Below, piece after piece: positions 28,527-38,647 of a stretch of 64,000 nt of DNA. Origin of the DNA: Hyalangium minutum (GTDB taxonomy: Bacteria > Myxococcota > Myxococcia > Myxococcales > Myxococcaceae). The stretch's first letter is position 1. Every line of letters starts with the position of its first letter. The notes under the pieces were generated by a model. The model had not been told where the DNA came from. It saw only the letters and a program-made list of their open reading frames with translations, and searched no databases. Location of the stretch: NCBI RefSeq assembly GCF_000737315.1, contig NZ_JMCB01000001.1, positions 496,001-560,000 on the forward strand. Reading direction: 5' to 3'. Position numbers and translations under genes: made by a program.

Positions 28527-29824
28527 CGCAGCGGGACGCCGTCCTCGGGCGCGAGGGTGATGTGGCGGCGCACAGGCCGGATGGGCCGGTTGTGTCCCAG
28601 CGAGAAGCGGTGCCCCGACAGCAGCGTGCCCAGCGCCACCTTCATCTCATACAGCGCGAAGGCCGCTCCCAGGCAGCGCCGAGCCCCTCCGCCGAAGGGC
28701 ATGTACTCGAAGGGCGAGAACTTCCGCTCCAGGAAGCGCTCGGGCCGGAAGCGCTCGGGCTCGGGGAACACCGCGGGGTTGGAGTGCGCCTGGGTGATCG
28801 ACACCATCACCCCCATCCCCGCTGGCAGTGTGTGGCCTCGCAGCGTGAAGGGCACCCGGAGCCTCCGGTTCACCAGCGTCACCACCGGGAACAGCCGCAG
28901 CGTCTCGTCGCACACCGCGCTCAGGTACGGCAGCTTCGCCAGCGCCTCCGGCTCCGGCCGAGGCCCCAGCCCCCGCAGCTCCGCGTCCACCTTCTGCTTC
29001 GCCTCGGGCGTGCGGTGCAGCCAGTACAGCGCCCACGCCATGCCGATCGCCGTCGTCTCGTGCCCCGCGAACAACAGCGTGCGCAGCTCGTCCTTCAGCT
29101 CCGCGTCCGACATGGGCTGGCCCGCCTCGTCCCTCGCCGCCAAGAGCAGCGAGAGGATGTCCTCCCGGGAGTGGCCGTCCGCGCGCCGGAGCTCGAGCTG
29201 CTCCGTCAGCAGCCGGTCCAGGTGCCGCACCGTCTCCTGGAACCGCGCCCACGGGCCCCGGCCCCCGAACGAGCGGCGCAGCACCGGGAACATGGAGATG
29301 GGCACCGTATACGCCTGCGCGTACGCGCTGATGGCCTCCCGGAAGCGCCGCGCCCGCTCCGGCTCCTCCACGCCGAACACCACGCGAATGATGATGTCCA
29401 AGGAGATGCCCTGCGCCAGTTCCAGCGCCACCAGCGAGGCGCCCGGCCGCAGCCCCTCCACCGCCCGCGTGGTGATCTCCTGCATCTGGGTGCCGTAGGC
29501 CCGCATGCGCTCGCCATGGAAGGGCGGCATCAGCAGCTTGCGCTCCCGCTTGTGGCGCTCCCCGCCCAGCAGCAGCACAGAGTTCAGGCCTACGATCGGC
29601 TCCAGCGGCACGCGCGCGATCGGCTCGAAGATGTCCGGGTCCGCGGTGAAGATCTCCCGCAGGCCGCTCTCCTCGCCCGTGACCGCGACAGTGCCCATGG
29701 GCAGCTGCGCCACGAAGGGATCGCCATACTTCGCGACGCTCTCACGGACGAAACCCGCCGTGTCCTTCAGGAACCGCAGCGACTGGACGAGCCGGAACGG
29801 AGGCCCTTTGAGGGTGTGGGACAT
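28490..29824 (-). CDS. Cytochrome P450
   Basis: AGHETT I-helix, ETLR ExxR, PERFRPERF, PFGGGARRCLG heme-Cys motif; 3' end overlaps the AGCS gene by 37 bp. Confidence 0.95.
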   Translation of the reverse strand: MSHTLKGPPFRLVQSLRFLKDTAGFVRESVAKYGDPFVAQLPMGTVAVTGEESGLREIFTADPDIFEPIARVPLEPIVGLNSVLLLGGERHKRERKLLMPPFHGERMRAYGTQMQEITTRAVEGLRPGASLVALELAQGISLDIIIRVVFGVEEPERARRFREAISAYAQAYTVPISMFPVLRRSFGGRGPWARFQETVRHLDRLLTEQLELRRADGHSREDILSLLLAARDEAGQPMSDAELKDELRTLLFAGHETTAIGMAWALYWLHRTPEAKQKVDAELRGLGPRPEPEALAKLPYLSAVCDETLRLFPVVTLVNRRLRVPFTLRGHTLPAGMGVMVSITQAHSNPAVFPEPERFRPERFLERKFSPFEYMPFGGGARRCLGAAFALYEMKVALGTLLSGHRFSLGHNRPIRPVRRHITLAPEDGVPLRYEGPVALVPSA

Positions 29825-29838
29825 GGGTCAACCTCGGC

Positions 29839-31521
29839 TTACCCTGCGCGCCGCCGCACCGAGCGCCGCAGCCCGTCCAGCCAGCGGCCGTGCACCCGCG
29901 CCGACCGGGCTCGCTCCTGGATGCGTGCCCCAGGGCCCAAGGCCTCGGAGGCCGCCAGGCCGAGATCCTCCGCCACCTCGTCCGCCGCCATCGCCCCCGT
30001 GAGCGCCGCACCCTCCATGAAGCCCTGCGCGTCCAGGCTGGTGTGCTCGCCACAGAAGTGAACGTTGCCCACCCGCTCGATCTCCGCTCCGGCGATCGTC
30101 GTGAACTGGCCCACCGCATAGGCGGAGTAGCTGCCCAGCGTCAGCGGGTGAGTCGGCCACTGCATCCGCGCCACCGCGCCGTTCGCCAGGTCCTTCACGC
30201 CCGGGAAGACCTGGTTCAGCCCTGCAAGGAATTCCGCCGCCTGCTGCTCCGGTGTGCCCTCGCCCAGCGTCAGCCCCTTCCGGCCTCCCGTGTACTGCGT
30301 GAGGATGGCCGAGGAACCGGGCTGCAGGCGCGTGCTCTCCCACGATTGCTGGTAGCCCACGTCCGACAAGGTGCTCCCGTCCGAACGATGCGCCGCCGCT
30401 CGCCACAGCCGCGAGGAGACGCCCACCATCAGCTTCGCGTTCGTGCCGTACCCCAGCTCCTGGATGGCCTTGCGCTTCACCGCGGGCAGCTCCACTTGGA
30501 GCTCCATCTTCCGCAGCTGTGTGAACGGCAGAGCCAGCACGACATGCTCCGCCTTCACCTCCCGGGTGCCGCCGGGGGTGGAGAAGGTCAGCCGGTAGCG
30601 CCCGTCCGACAGCGCCTTGAGCTCCTGCAGCCGATGCTCCAGCTCGAGCTGCTCCGGCCCCAGGCGCTCGGCCAGCCGGCTGGGGAACGAATCATTGCCC
30701 CCCTTCGCGTGGAACCGCTCGTCGGACTCGCCGAAGAGCTCCAGCCGCGTGCGCTCTGTAGAGATGTACGTCAGCAGGTTGAGGCAGTTGCAGGCGTCCG
30801 GCTCCAGGCCAAACTCGCCGACATAGGCCGCCTCGATGAGCCGCCGCACGGGATCGCTCGCCGGGATGCCCACGCTCTCCATCCACGCGCTCAGCGAGAG
30901 CTGATCCAGCGCCTCGGCGCCATTGGGCGTCCGGTAGGTGATGTATTCCTCCGGATCCTCCAGTACCCCGAGCGCCTCCTCGATGCGCTCCGCGATGGGC
31001 GCGAAGCGCTGGAGAATCTCCGCCTCGGACAGCCGCCGCCCATCGAAGAAGGCCACCAGCCTGACCAGCTCGTTGTCGTCCTTCGAGTAGTCCAGCAGCT
31101 CGATCTCCAGCTCCTCGGCCAGGTCGTGCATTGTCTGGTGGCCGGTGTCGATGAACTCCCCGCCCAGCTCGCAGTGCTGGCCGTTGGGGAAGAGGTTGCG
31201 CTCGGAGAACATGCGCCCTCCCACGCGCGACGAGGCCTCGTACACCCGCGCCAGGACGCCGCGCCGCTGGAGCCGGTAGGCACAGTGCAGCCCGGCCATC
31301 CCTCCTCCCACGATGGCCACCTGCTCCTCCTCGCCTCCCCCGCAGGCCGAGAGCAGCGCCGCCCCCGCGGTCATCGCCCCCCCGTGGAGCAATGTCCGGC
31401 GGTTGAAACGCGCAGGCGCTTGGGGCCGAGCCGCCGCAGGGTCAGCAGGCAGGCTTGCGTCCGCCCTGCGAGCGGTGCGCAGCGCTCGCAGGACGACGTT
31501 CATGAGCTGGGTACGTGCCAT
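29839..31521 (-). CDS. Flavin monoamine oxidase family FAD oxidoreductase, with Tat-like/lipobox N-terminus
   Basis: VAIVGGGMAGL, RVGGR, ELGGEFID, FCGEHTS and GFMEGA; NRRTLL and LSAC precede the FAD domain. Confidence 0.88.
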   Translation of the reverse strand: MARTQLMNVVLRALRTARRADASLPADPAAARPQAPARFNRRTLLHGGAMTAGAALLSACGGGEEEQVAIVGGGMAGLHCAYRLQRRGVLARVYEASSRVGGRMFSERNLFPNGQHCELGGEFIDTGHQTMHDLAEELEIELLDYSKDDNELVRLVAFFDGRRLSEAEILQRFAPIAERIEEALGVLEDPEEYITYRTPNGAEALDQLSLSAWMESVGIPASDPVRRLIEAAYVGEFGLEPDACNCLNLLTYISTERTRLELFGESDERFHAKGGNDSFPSRLAERLGPEQLELEHRLQELKALSDGRYRLTFSTPGGTREVKAEHVVLALPFTQLRKMELQVELPAVKRKAIQELGYGTNAKLMVGVSSRLWRAAAHRSDGSTLSDVGYQQSWESTRLQPGSSAILTQYTGGRKGLTLGEGTPEQQAAEFLAGLNQVFPGVKDLANGAVARMQWPTHPLTLGSYSAYAVGQFTTIAGAEIERVGNVHFCGEHTSLDAQGFMEGAALTGAMAADEVAEDLGLAASEALGPGARIQERARSARVHGRWLDGLRRSVRRRAG

Positions 31522-31762
31522 GACTTCCTCGTGACTGGGGGGCCCCGGAGTCTGTTTTTCATCCCACGGGGAGCACATCGATCCCTAGGGCAGAGTGTCC
31601 TGCGCTTATCGCGCCGGGGAGCAGACGGGGAAGGACTGTAACCCGCAGCGGGGTTTCTTCGTAGAGCCCCCCGAGGGAGACAGTAGGCTGGCCGTGGACG
31701 CGTTGCGGCATCGGCAGCTCACCCGGGCGGCCCTGGCGCACCGCCGCCGGTGAGGATTCAGG

Positions 31763-32629
31763 TCAGGGCGTCTTCGGGGTGCTGGGGACTTTCCGGAGCG
31801 CGGCGCAGGCTGGCGCGAGTCCCAGCTCACAGCCTCGGGTGAAGAGGGACTTCGCGCGCTCCGGGTTCTTCTCCACCCCGTTGCCCTGAAGGTGGGCATA
31901 GCCGAGGTTGAGGCAGCCGCCCGGCATGGCCGCATTGCAGGACTTCTCGAAGAGGCCCACGGCCTTCTTCGGATCCTGCTTCACGCCGCTGCCCGTCATG
32001 TACGCCACGCCCAACGCGCTGCAGGCGGACATGTTCCCCTTCTCGCACCCCTTGTCGAGGTACGTGGCGGAGCGCTCCGGGTTCTTCTCCACCCCATTGC
32101 CCTTCGCGTACGCCATCCCCAGGCTGAGGCAGCCATCCGCGTGGCCCCCGTTGCAGGCCTTCTCATAAAACGTGGCGGCCTTGGCGAGATCCTGCGTCCC
32201 TTGGAGCCCCATGGTGTGGGCCAGCCCCAGGTTGAAGCAGCCCTTCGGATCGTTGCCATTGCAGGCCTTGTCGAAGAACTCCACGGCCTTCCGCGAATCC
32301 CTCGGCACGCCCTGCCCCTCTGCGTAGGAGATGCCGAGGTTGGTGCACGCGTCCATGTGTCCCTTGTCGCAGGCCTTCTGGAAGAAGGTGGCGGCACGAG
32401 CGTCGTCCTTCGTCACGCCACCGAGCCCCTGCTGGAAGACCAGGGCCAGGTTGAAGCACTCGCCCGCATCTCCCTTCTTGCAGCCCTTCTCGTGGGCCTT
32501 CGCCTGACGGGACAGCTCTTCCTTTCCAAAGAACTCCTCGGCCTTCGAGGCCCCTTGTGCGAGGCCCCGCGTTGCCAGCAGGACGAGGGCCAGACAGATC
32601 CCGGCTCCAGAACGGCACATGAGAAACAC
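31763..32629 (-). CDS. Sel1-like repeat protein, secreted and Cys-rich
   Basis: Six repeats of C-x2-LG-x2-Y-x2-G-x-GV-x2-D...A-x2-FF-x-KAC; signal peptide. Confidence 0.88.
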   Translation of the reverse strand: MFLMCRSGAGICLALVLLATRGLAQGASKAEEFFGKEELSRQAKAHEKGCKKGDAGECFNLALVFQQGLGGVTKDDARAATFFQKACDKGHMDACTNLGISYAEGQGVPRDSRKAVEFFDKACNGNDPKGCFNLGLAHTMGLQGTQDLAKAATFYEKACNGGHADGCLSLGMAYAKGNGVEKNPERSATYLDKGCEKGNMSACSALGVAYMTGSGVKQDPKKAVGLFEKSCNAAMPGGCLNLGYAHLQGNGVEKNPERAKSLFTRGCELGLAPACAALRKVPSTPKTP

Positions 32630-32663
32630 CTCCCGGGCCCAAGGCCCGCTGCGGAAGAAGGCG

Positions 32664-33845
32664 CTACGAGTCGCGGCGGTAGAGCGTCATCACGCAAGCG
32701 CCGCCCAGCCCCAGGTTGTGCTGGAGGGCGACGCGCGCGTTCTCCACCTGGCGCTGCTCGGCCTGGCCGCGGAGCTGCCATACCAGCTCCGTGCACTGCG
32801 CCAGGCCCGTGGCACCCAGCGGGTGGCCCTTGGAGAGCAGGCCGCCCGACGGGTTGGTGACGAACTTGCCGCCGTAGGTGTTGTCGCCGTCCCAGATGAA
32901 CTTCTCGGCCTCGCCCTCCTTGCACAGGCCGATGGCCTCGTACGTGAGCAGCTCGTTGGCCGTGAAGCAGTCGTGCAGCTCCACCACATCCACGTCCTCG
33001 GGGCCCACGCCAGCGCGCTCGTAGATCTGCTTGGCCGCCTTCGCCGCCATGTCGAAGCCCACCATCTTGATCATGCTGTTCTCGAAGCTCGAGGGCAGAT
33101 CCGTGGTCATCGTCTGCGCGGCGATGTACACCGGCTTGGTGATGCCGTGCTTCCGGGCGAACTCGTCCGAGCACAGCACCGCCGCCGCCGCACCGCACGT
33201 GGGCGGGCAGCACTGGTAGCGCGTGAGCGGATCGAACACCTCCTCCGAAGCCAGCACCTCCTCCACCGTGAGCGGCTGGCTAAACAACGCGTACGGGTTC
33301 TTCGCGGCGTGCTTGCGCGCCTTCTCGGAGATCTTCGCGAACGTCTCGCGCTTGGTGCCGTACTTCCAGCGGTACTCGCGGCCCGCGCCGCCGAACATCT
33401 GCGCCGTCAGCGGCCCGCTGGCGAAGCCCTGGGTGCGGTTCAGCACGTCCACGTGCCGCTCCACCGGATTCACCCGGTCGTCATACTTGGCGCCCAGCGC
33501 GCCCTTCTCCATCTTCTCGAAGCCGAGCGCCAGCACGCACTCGGCCATCCCACCCTCGATGGCCTGCCGCGCCAGGTAGAGCGCGGTGGAGCCCGTGGAG
33601 CAGTTGTTGTTCACGTTGATGACGGGGATGCCCGTCAGCCCCAGCCCGTAGACGGCGCGCTGGCCGCAGGTGCTGTCGCCGTAGACGTACCCCACGAAGG
33701 CCTGCTCGATGTCCTCGTAGCGCACGCCCGCGTCCTGCAACGCCGCGCGCCCGGCCTTCGCCGCCATCACGTCATACTCTTCGCTCGCGCCGGGCTTGGC
33801 GAACTTGATCATGCCCACACCGGCGACATTGACTCGACGACCCAT
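32664..33845 (-). CDS. SCPx-type thiolase (lipid-transfer protein)
   Basis: [10 protein letters not shown] catalytic Cys, VELHDCF and [14 protein letters not shown]. Confidence 0.92.
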   Translation of the reverse strand: MGRRVNVAGVGMIKFAKPGASEEYDVMAAKAGRAALQDAGVRYEDIEQAFVGYVYGDSTCGQRAVYGLGLTGIPVINVNNNCSTGSTALYLARQAIEGGMAECVLALGFEKMEKGALGAKYDDRVNPVERHVDVLNRTQGFASGPLTAQMFGGAGREYRWKYGTKRETFAKISEKARKHAAKNPYALFSQPLTVEEVLASEEVFDPLTRYQCCPPTCGAAAAVLCSDEFARKHGITKPVYIAAQTMTTDLPSSFENSMIKMVGFDMAAKAAKQIYERAGVGPEDVDVVELHDCFTANELLTYEAIGLCKEGEAEKFIWDGDNTYGGKFVTNPSGGLLSKGHPLGATGLAQCTELVWQLRGQAEQRQVENARVALQHNLGLGGACVMTLYRRDS

Positions 33846-33871
33846 GACTCGTCTCTCCTTCGTGATGCGCG

Positions 33872-36493
33872 TCAGACCAGATTCTTGAGGAACCCCAGCC
33901 GGTGGGCGACTCGCACTTCGCCGTCCACCCGCAACTTACTCCGCTGGTAGAGCTCCTGAGCAGCGGTGCCCTTGGCCAGCGCCAGCAGCTCCTCGTCGGC
34001 CAGCGTCAGCGTCGCGGCGGCGCCTGCCTGAGTGCCCTGCGTCACGCTGCCGGGAGCCGAGCGCAGATCCACCACCCAGGTGCTCTCGGGCGCGGTGATC
34101 TTGAACTGGATCAGGGCGTTGACCTCGGCGGCCAGCTCGGGGCTCTTCGCCAGCCGCTCCTGCAACGCCTTGAAGATGGCGGGAGCAGAGCCGGCGCCGC
34201 TGCTCTTCGCGGTGTCCGCCGCATGGGGGGCCTCCGCCTTCGGCGCCTCCGCCACTTCCTTCTGATCGATCTTCGTGAGGAAGTTCAGCTTCTGCGACGC
34301 CATCACGTTGCCGGAGACCTTGAGCTTGCCGCCGAAGTACAGCTTCTGCGGGTCGGCCTTGCCGGACGTCATCGCCAGGAAGTCCGCGTCGGTCAGGTCC
34401 AGCGTGCAGTCGGCCTTGCCCACCGCGCCCTGCGTCACACTGCCCTGCCCGTTCTTCAAGTCCAACGTCCAGGAGCTGTCCGGCTGGCTGAGCTTGAAGT
34501 GGTAGACGTTGGCCACTTTGCCCACCAGCTCCGAGTGCTTCTGCACGTAGCGGCCGATGGCGGCGAACACCTCCGCACTGCCGGGGCCGCCCTGCTGCGC
34601 GGCAGCCGGAACGACGGGGGCGGCGGACGCCTGAGCGGCCTCGGCCTTGGGAGCCGGGGCGGCCTTGGGAGCCGGGGCGGCCTTGGGAAGCTCGGTGTGC
34701 AGCTCGATGGCGGCGTTGCTGATCACCACCTTCTCGCGCTCCAGCACCTTGCAGCGGACGATGATGCGCGAGTCGGACTCCTTCCACATCTCGGTCTGCA
34801 GCGTCTCGCCCGGGAAGACGGACTCGGCGAAGCGGACCTTGATGCTCTTGAAGAAGCGCCCATCACTGTCCCGGAAGGTCTTGAGCACGTGCCGCACCAC
34901 GTGGCCGTAGGTACACAGGCCGTGGAGGATGGGCTTGGGGAACCCGAATGCCCCGGCGAACTCGGGGTCCGCGTGCAGCGGGTTCCAGTCTCCGGACAAC
35001 CGGTAGAGCAGCGCCTGGTTCTCCTGCGTCTTCTCCGTCACCACCGCGTCCGGAGCGCGCTCCGGCGGCACGTTGATGTCGCTCGCGGGCCCGCGCTCGC
35101 CACCCCAGCCGCCCGCGCCGCGCACGAAGAGGGTCATCTCGTTGCGCGCCAGTTCCTCGCCCGTCTCTGCGTTGAAGGTGCGGATGTCCGTGACGACCAA
35201 GGCATTCTTGCCTTTGTCGAAGATGTCCTTGACCTTCCCCTGGTGGCGCAGCTTGGCGTGCGGCGGCAGCGGCCGGAGCAGCTCGGTGTACTGCTCGCCG
35301 TGTAGCACGCGATCCAGTCCGTAGTTGAGCCCGGGGGCCTGCTTGCCCTCGGCCACCAGCTTGAGCACGGCGTTCACCGCGGGGACCACGGCGTAGCTCG
35401 GCAGGGCCTGGAAGCCATCCCCGTGGTTCTCGTAGACGAAGCGCAGCTCCTTCGGGTTCAGCGGATCTCTCGCGGCGCCCACGCCCAGTGCGTAGAGCGA
35501 CAAGTCCTTCTCGTCATACGACGTGGTGATGGGCGGGAACTCGAAGCCCAGGGCCTCGTCCACATCGATGAGTTCGTTGCCGCCCCGGCTCTTCGTGCCC
35601 AGGTTCTCCATCACCGGCTGCGTCGCCCCGGTGATGTCCTCGGGGAAGGTGGCCTTGCCGAAGTCGGTGATGCGCTCCCAGTTCCGCTGGACGAGCTCGG
35701 GGGTGATGTTGCGCCCCAGCTTGAAGCGGGCGCCCTCGGTGCGCTGCCAGCGCAGCTTCGACATGAAGCCGCCGCCCACCTCGAAGATGCCGCCGTTCTC
35801 CTGGCTCTCCTCGTGGCAGAGCACGGCGACCAGCGGGCTCACGTACTCGGGCTTGAGCGCGTCCGTCACCTCCTTGGGGAGGATCGTCTCCGTGAGGCGC
35901 GAGCCTGCAATGGGCGCAATCACGTTGGCGAACACGTTCTTCTTGGCGCCCTCGATCGCCAGCGTGCGGGCCAGACCCACCAGCCCCAGCTTCGCCGTGC
36001 TGTAGTTGGCTTGGCCGAAGTTGCCGTAGAGGCCCGCGGCGGACGAGGTGAAGATGATGCGGCCGAACCCCGCGTCCCGCATGTGGGGCCAGGCGGCGTG
36101 GGTGACGCGGAACGCACCGAGCACGTGGACGCGGTAGATCAGCTCCCAGTCCTGCTCCGTCATCTTCTGAAACGAGGAGTCGCGCAGGATGCCGGCGTTG
36201 TTGATGATGATGTCCACGCGCTTGAAGTGATCGAGCGCCGCCTGGACGATCTTCCCGCCCTCCTCCACCGAGTCGTAGTTGGCCACGGCCTCGCCGCCCG
36301 CGGCCTTGATGTCGGCCACCACCTTGTCGGCGGCCTCCGAGGACTTGCCGCCCCCCGTGGCAGAGCCCCCCAGATCATTGACGACGACCTTGGCGCCGCG
36401 GCTGGCCAGCAGCAGCGCGTGTGCGCGGCCAAGGCCCTGACCAGCGCCGGTGACGATTGCAACCCGTCCGTCGAAGCGAAGCTCGTTGCCCAT
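33872..36493 (-). CDS. Peroxisomal multifunctional enzyme type 2-like: SDR dehydrogenase + hydratase-2 + two SCP2 domains
   Basis: [17 protein letters not shown]; hydratase-2 motif [14 protein letters not shown]; two SCP2-like domains; RBS aggag before ATG 36493. Confidence 0.93.
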   Translation of the reverse strand: MGNELRFDGRVAIVTGAGQGLGRAHALLLASRGAKVVVNDLGGSATGGGKSSEAADKVVADIKAAGGEAVANYDSVEEGGKIVQAALDHFKRVDIIINNAGILRDSSFQKMTEQDWELIYRVHVLGAFRVTHAAWPHMRDAGFGRIIFTSSAAGLYGNFGQANYSTAKLGLVGLARTLAIEGAKKNVFANVIAPIAGSRLTETILPKEVTDALKPEYVSPLVAVLCHEESQENGGIFEVGGGFMSKLRWQRTEGARFKLGRNITPELVQRNWERITDFGKATFPEDITGATQPVMENLGTKSRGGNELIDVDEALGFEFPPITTSYDEKDLSLYALGVGAARDPLNPKELRFVYENHGDGFQALPSYAVVPAVNAVLKLVAEGKQAPGLNYGLDRVLHGEQYTELLRPLPPHAKLRHQGKVKDIFDKGKNALVVTDIRTFNAETGEELARNEMTLFVRGAGGWGGERGPASDINVPPERAPDAVVTEKTQENQALLYRLSGDWNPLHADPEFAGAFGFPKPILHGLCTYGHVVRHVLKTFRDSDGRFFKSIKVRFAESVFPGETLQTEMWKESDSRIIVRCKVLEREKVVISNAAIELHTELPKAAPAPKAAPAPKAEAAQASAAPVVPAAAQQGGPGSAEVFAAIGRYVQKHSELVGKVANVYHFKLSQPDSSWTLDLKNGQGSVTQGAVGKADCTLDLTDADFLAMTSGKADPQKLYFGGKLKVSGNVMASQKLNFLTKIDQKEVAEAPKAEAPHAADTAKSSGAGSAPAIFKALQERLAKSPELAAEVNALIQFKITAPESTWVVDLRSAPGSVTQGTQAGAAATLTLADEELLALAKGTAAQELYQRSKLRVDGEVRVAHRLGFLKNLV

Positions 36494-36685
36494 TGATTCT
36501 CCTGTCAACGCGTCGGAAGCTTTCTGACAGTCGGCCGGAGAGGCGTCAACCGCTCGCCGACCCGGATTTTTTCACGCAGAGCGTCAGAGCTGACGGGTCG
36601 TGCTTGTTCCCCCACCAGGAGTGCAGCGGAGCCGCTGTATGATTGAGAAGGAAGACTTCGAACCTGTCGGGAGGTTCCGAGCGTC

Positions 36686-37492
36686 ATGATCAAGGTACGT
36701 CCTCCAGCCGTGGCGGGGGCGTTCTACCCGGGAGATCGGGACCGACTCGCCGCCACCCTCGATCGGCTGCTGGCCGATGCACCTCCGAGCCCCCGCAAGG
36801 TGCCTCAGGCGCTGGTCGTTCCCCACGCGGGCTACATCTACTCGGGGCCCATTGCCGCCTCTGCGTATGCGCGGCTGCGCGGCGCGGCGTCTCAGCTCCG
36901 CCGCGTGGTGCTGCTCGGCCCCTCACACCGCGTCCGCCTCCGAGGCCTGGCGCTCCCGGACACTGACGGGCTGGCGACGCCGCTGGGAGTGCTGCCCGTG
37001 GACTCGGAGGGAGCGGCTGCGGTGGCACGGCTTCCCCAGGTCTCCTCCTCGGCCCTGGCGCACGCTCAGGAGCACTCTCTGGAGGTGCAGTTCCCCTTCC
37101 TCCAGCGCGTCCTCCCGGGCGTACCGGTGGTGCCGCTCGTGGTGGGTGCGGCCAGCGCGGAGCAGGTGGCGGAGGTCCTCGAGCAGCTCTGGGCGCAAGA
37201 GGGCACGCTCGTCCTGATCAGCTCGGATCTCTCGCACTACCTCACCTATGAGGAAGCGCGCGAGGTGGACCGCGAGACGGCGGACCGCATCCTCGCGCTC
37301 GGCGCAGAGCAGGTGGACACGGATCAGGCCTGCGGGGCCATTCCACTGAGCGGCCTGCTGCTCGCGGCCCTGCGCCGAGGCCTGCGCGCCGAGGAGCTGG
37401 ATCTGCGCAACTCGGGAGATACGGCGGGCGACCGCTCCCGGGTGGTGGGTTACGGAGCCTTCGCCTTTGATTTGCCCCAGGAGACTGTATGA
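36686..37492 (+). CDS. amrB: AmmeMemoRadiSam system protein B (MEMO1-like)
   Basis: RPPAVAGAFYP, PHAGYIYSG, LGPSH, EHSLEVQFPF, SSDLSHY and ACG. Confidence 0.92.
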   Translation: MIKVRPPAVAGAFYPGDRDRLAATLDRLLADAPPSPRKVPQALVVPHAGYIYSGPIAASAYARLRGAASQLRRVVLLGPSHRVRLRGLALPDTDGLATPLGVLPVDSEGAAAVARLPQVSSSALAHAQEHSLEVQFPFLQRVLPGVPVVPLVVGAASAEQVAEVLEQLWAQEGTLVLISSDLSHYLTYEEAREVDRETADRILALGAEQVDTDQACGAIPLSGLLLAALRRGLRAEELDLRNSGDTAGDRSRVVGYGAFAFDLPQETV

Positions 37493-38040
37493 GCCGAGGC
37501 CTCACCTTGCTTGCTCTTGCCCGTGCCGCGGTGGATGAGTCACTCGAAGGTCCGCAGGTCCAGGTGCCTCAGGATCCCTGGCTGAACGAGCCCGGGGCCT
37601 GCTTCGTGACGCTGCGCAAGGACGGCGAGCTGCGCGGCTGTATTGGCAGCCTGGAGGCTCACCGGCCGCTGGCGGAGGATCTGATCCACAACGCGAGGGG
37701 AGCGGCCCATCGGGATCCACGCTTCGAGCCGCTGCAGCGCAACGAGCTGAACCGGGTGCGCTTCGAGGTGAGTCTGCTGTCGCCGCTGGAGCCCCTGGAG
37801 GTGAAGACGGAGCAGGAAGCCATCGCGGCGCTGCGCCCAGGGATGGATGGGGCGCTGCTGCAGTGGGGGCCCTACCGTGGGGTCTTCATCCCGAAGATGT
37901 GGAAGCAGCTGCCGAATCCGCTGGAGTTTCTTGCGTTTCTGCGACGCAAGGCGGGCCTGTCGTCGCAGGACTGGTATCCTGGCACACAGTTGTGGCGCTT
38001 CACCGCCGAGGACTGGGCCGAGCCAGAGTTGCGCAACTGA
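37489..38040 (+). CDS. amrA: AmmeMemoRadiSam system protein A (AMMECR1-like)
   Basis: ACFVTL, LRGCIG, DPRFEP and EVSLL motifs; ATGA overlap with amrB. Confidence 0.92.
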   Translation: MSRGLTLLALARAAVDESLEGPQVQVPQDPWLNEPGACFVTLRKDGELRGCIGSLEAHRPLAEDLIHNARGAAHRDPRFEPLQRNELNRVRFEVSLLSPLEPLEVKTEQEAIAALRPGMDGALLQWGPYRGVFIPKMWKQLPNPLEFLAFLRRKAGLSSQDWYPGTQLWRFTAEDWAEPELRN

Positions 38041-38061
38041 TCGGTGGTAGGGTCTCCGAGC

Positions 38062-38601
38062 ATGACCCTGTCCGATGATCTGCGCGCCCGCCGCGAGGCG
38101 CTCATTCGCGAGCACTTCGAGTCGGAGAACCGGCTCGACTTCGACGCGACACTGGCGACGTTCCTCCACCCGCGCTACGAGCTGGTGGCCACGGGGGATG
38201 TGTACGACGGCCCCGAAGAGGTGATGCGGTATTTCCGGGAGTCGCGCGGAGCGTTCCCGGATCAGCGCAACCGCTTGCTGGCGCTGCACCACGCGGACAA
38301 CGCGATCATCACCGAGTTCGAGCTGTACGGGACGCACCTGGGCAACTACCGGGGGCTGCCACCCACGGGGCGCGCGTTCACGGCGCGGATGAGCGCCGTC
38401 TTCATCTTCGAGGGGGAGCTGTTGGTGTGCGAGCGTGTGTACTTCGACGCGGCCACCATCCTCCGGCAGCTCGGCATTGCCCACGATCCGCTGACCCTCA
38501 AGGGGCGGCTGGCTACGGCCCTGAACCACCCGCTCACGGTGGGAGGCGCCTTCCTACGACAGGCGCTGCGCCGCGTGAGCGGAGAGAAGGCCCAACCCTA
38601 A
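38062..38601 (+). CDS. SnoaL-like ester cyclase / NTF2-fold protein
   Basis: FPDQ, GTHLG, PPTGRAF and ERVYFD motifs. Confidence 0.82.
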   Translation: MTLSDDLRARREALIREHFESENRLDFDATLATFLHPRYELVATGDVYDGPEEVMRYFRESRGAFPDQRNRLLALHHADNAIITEFELYGTHLGNYRGLPPTGRAFTARMSAVFIFEGELLVCERVYFDAATILRQLGIAHDPLTLKGRLATALNHPLTVGGAFLRQALRRVSGEKAQP

Positions 38602-38647
38602 CGGTGTCATGCGGGCCTCACCCGTCTTGGAAAGGAAAGGCAGACCC

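Noticed and set aside
31600-31700. ggggaagg-actgtaa resembles cobalamin riboswitch elements
   Set aside because: The order and context do not fit the B12 box, and it lies on the strand opposite the flanking minus-strand genes.
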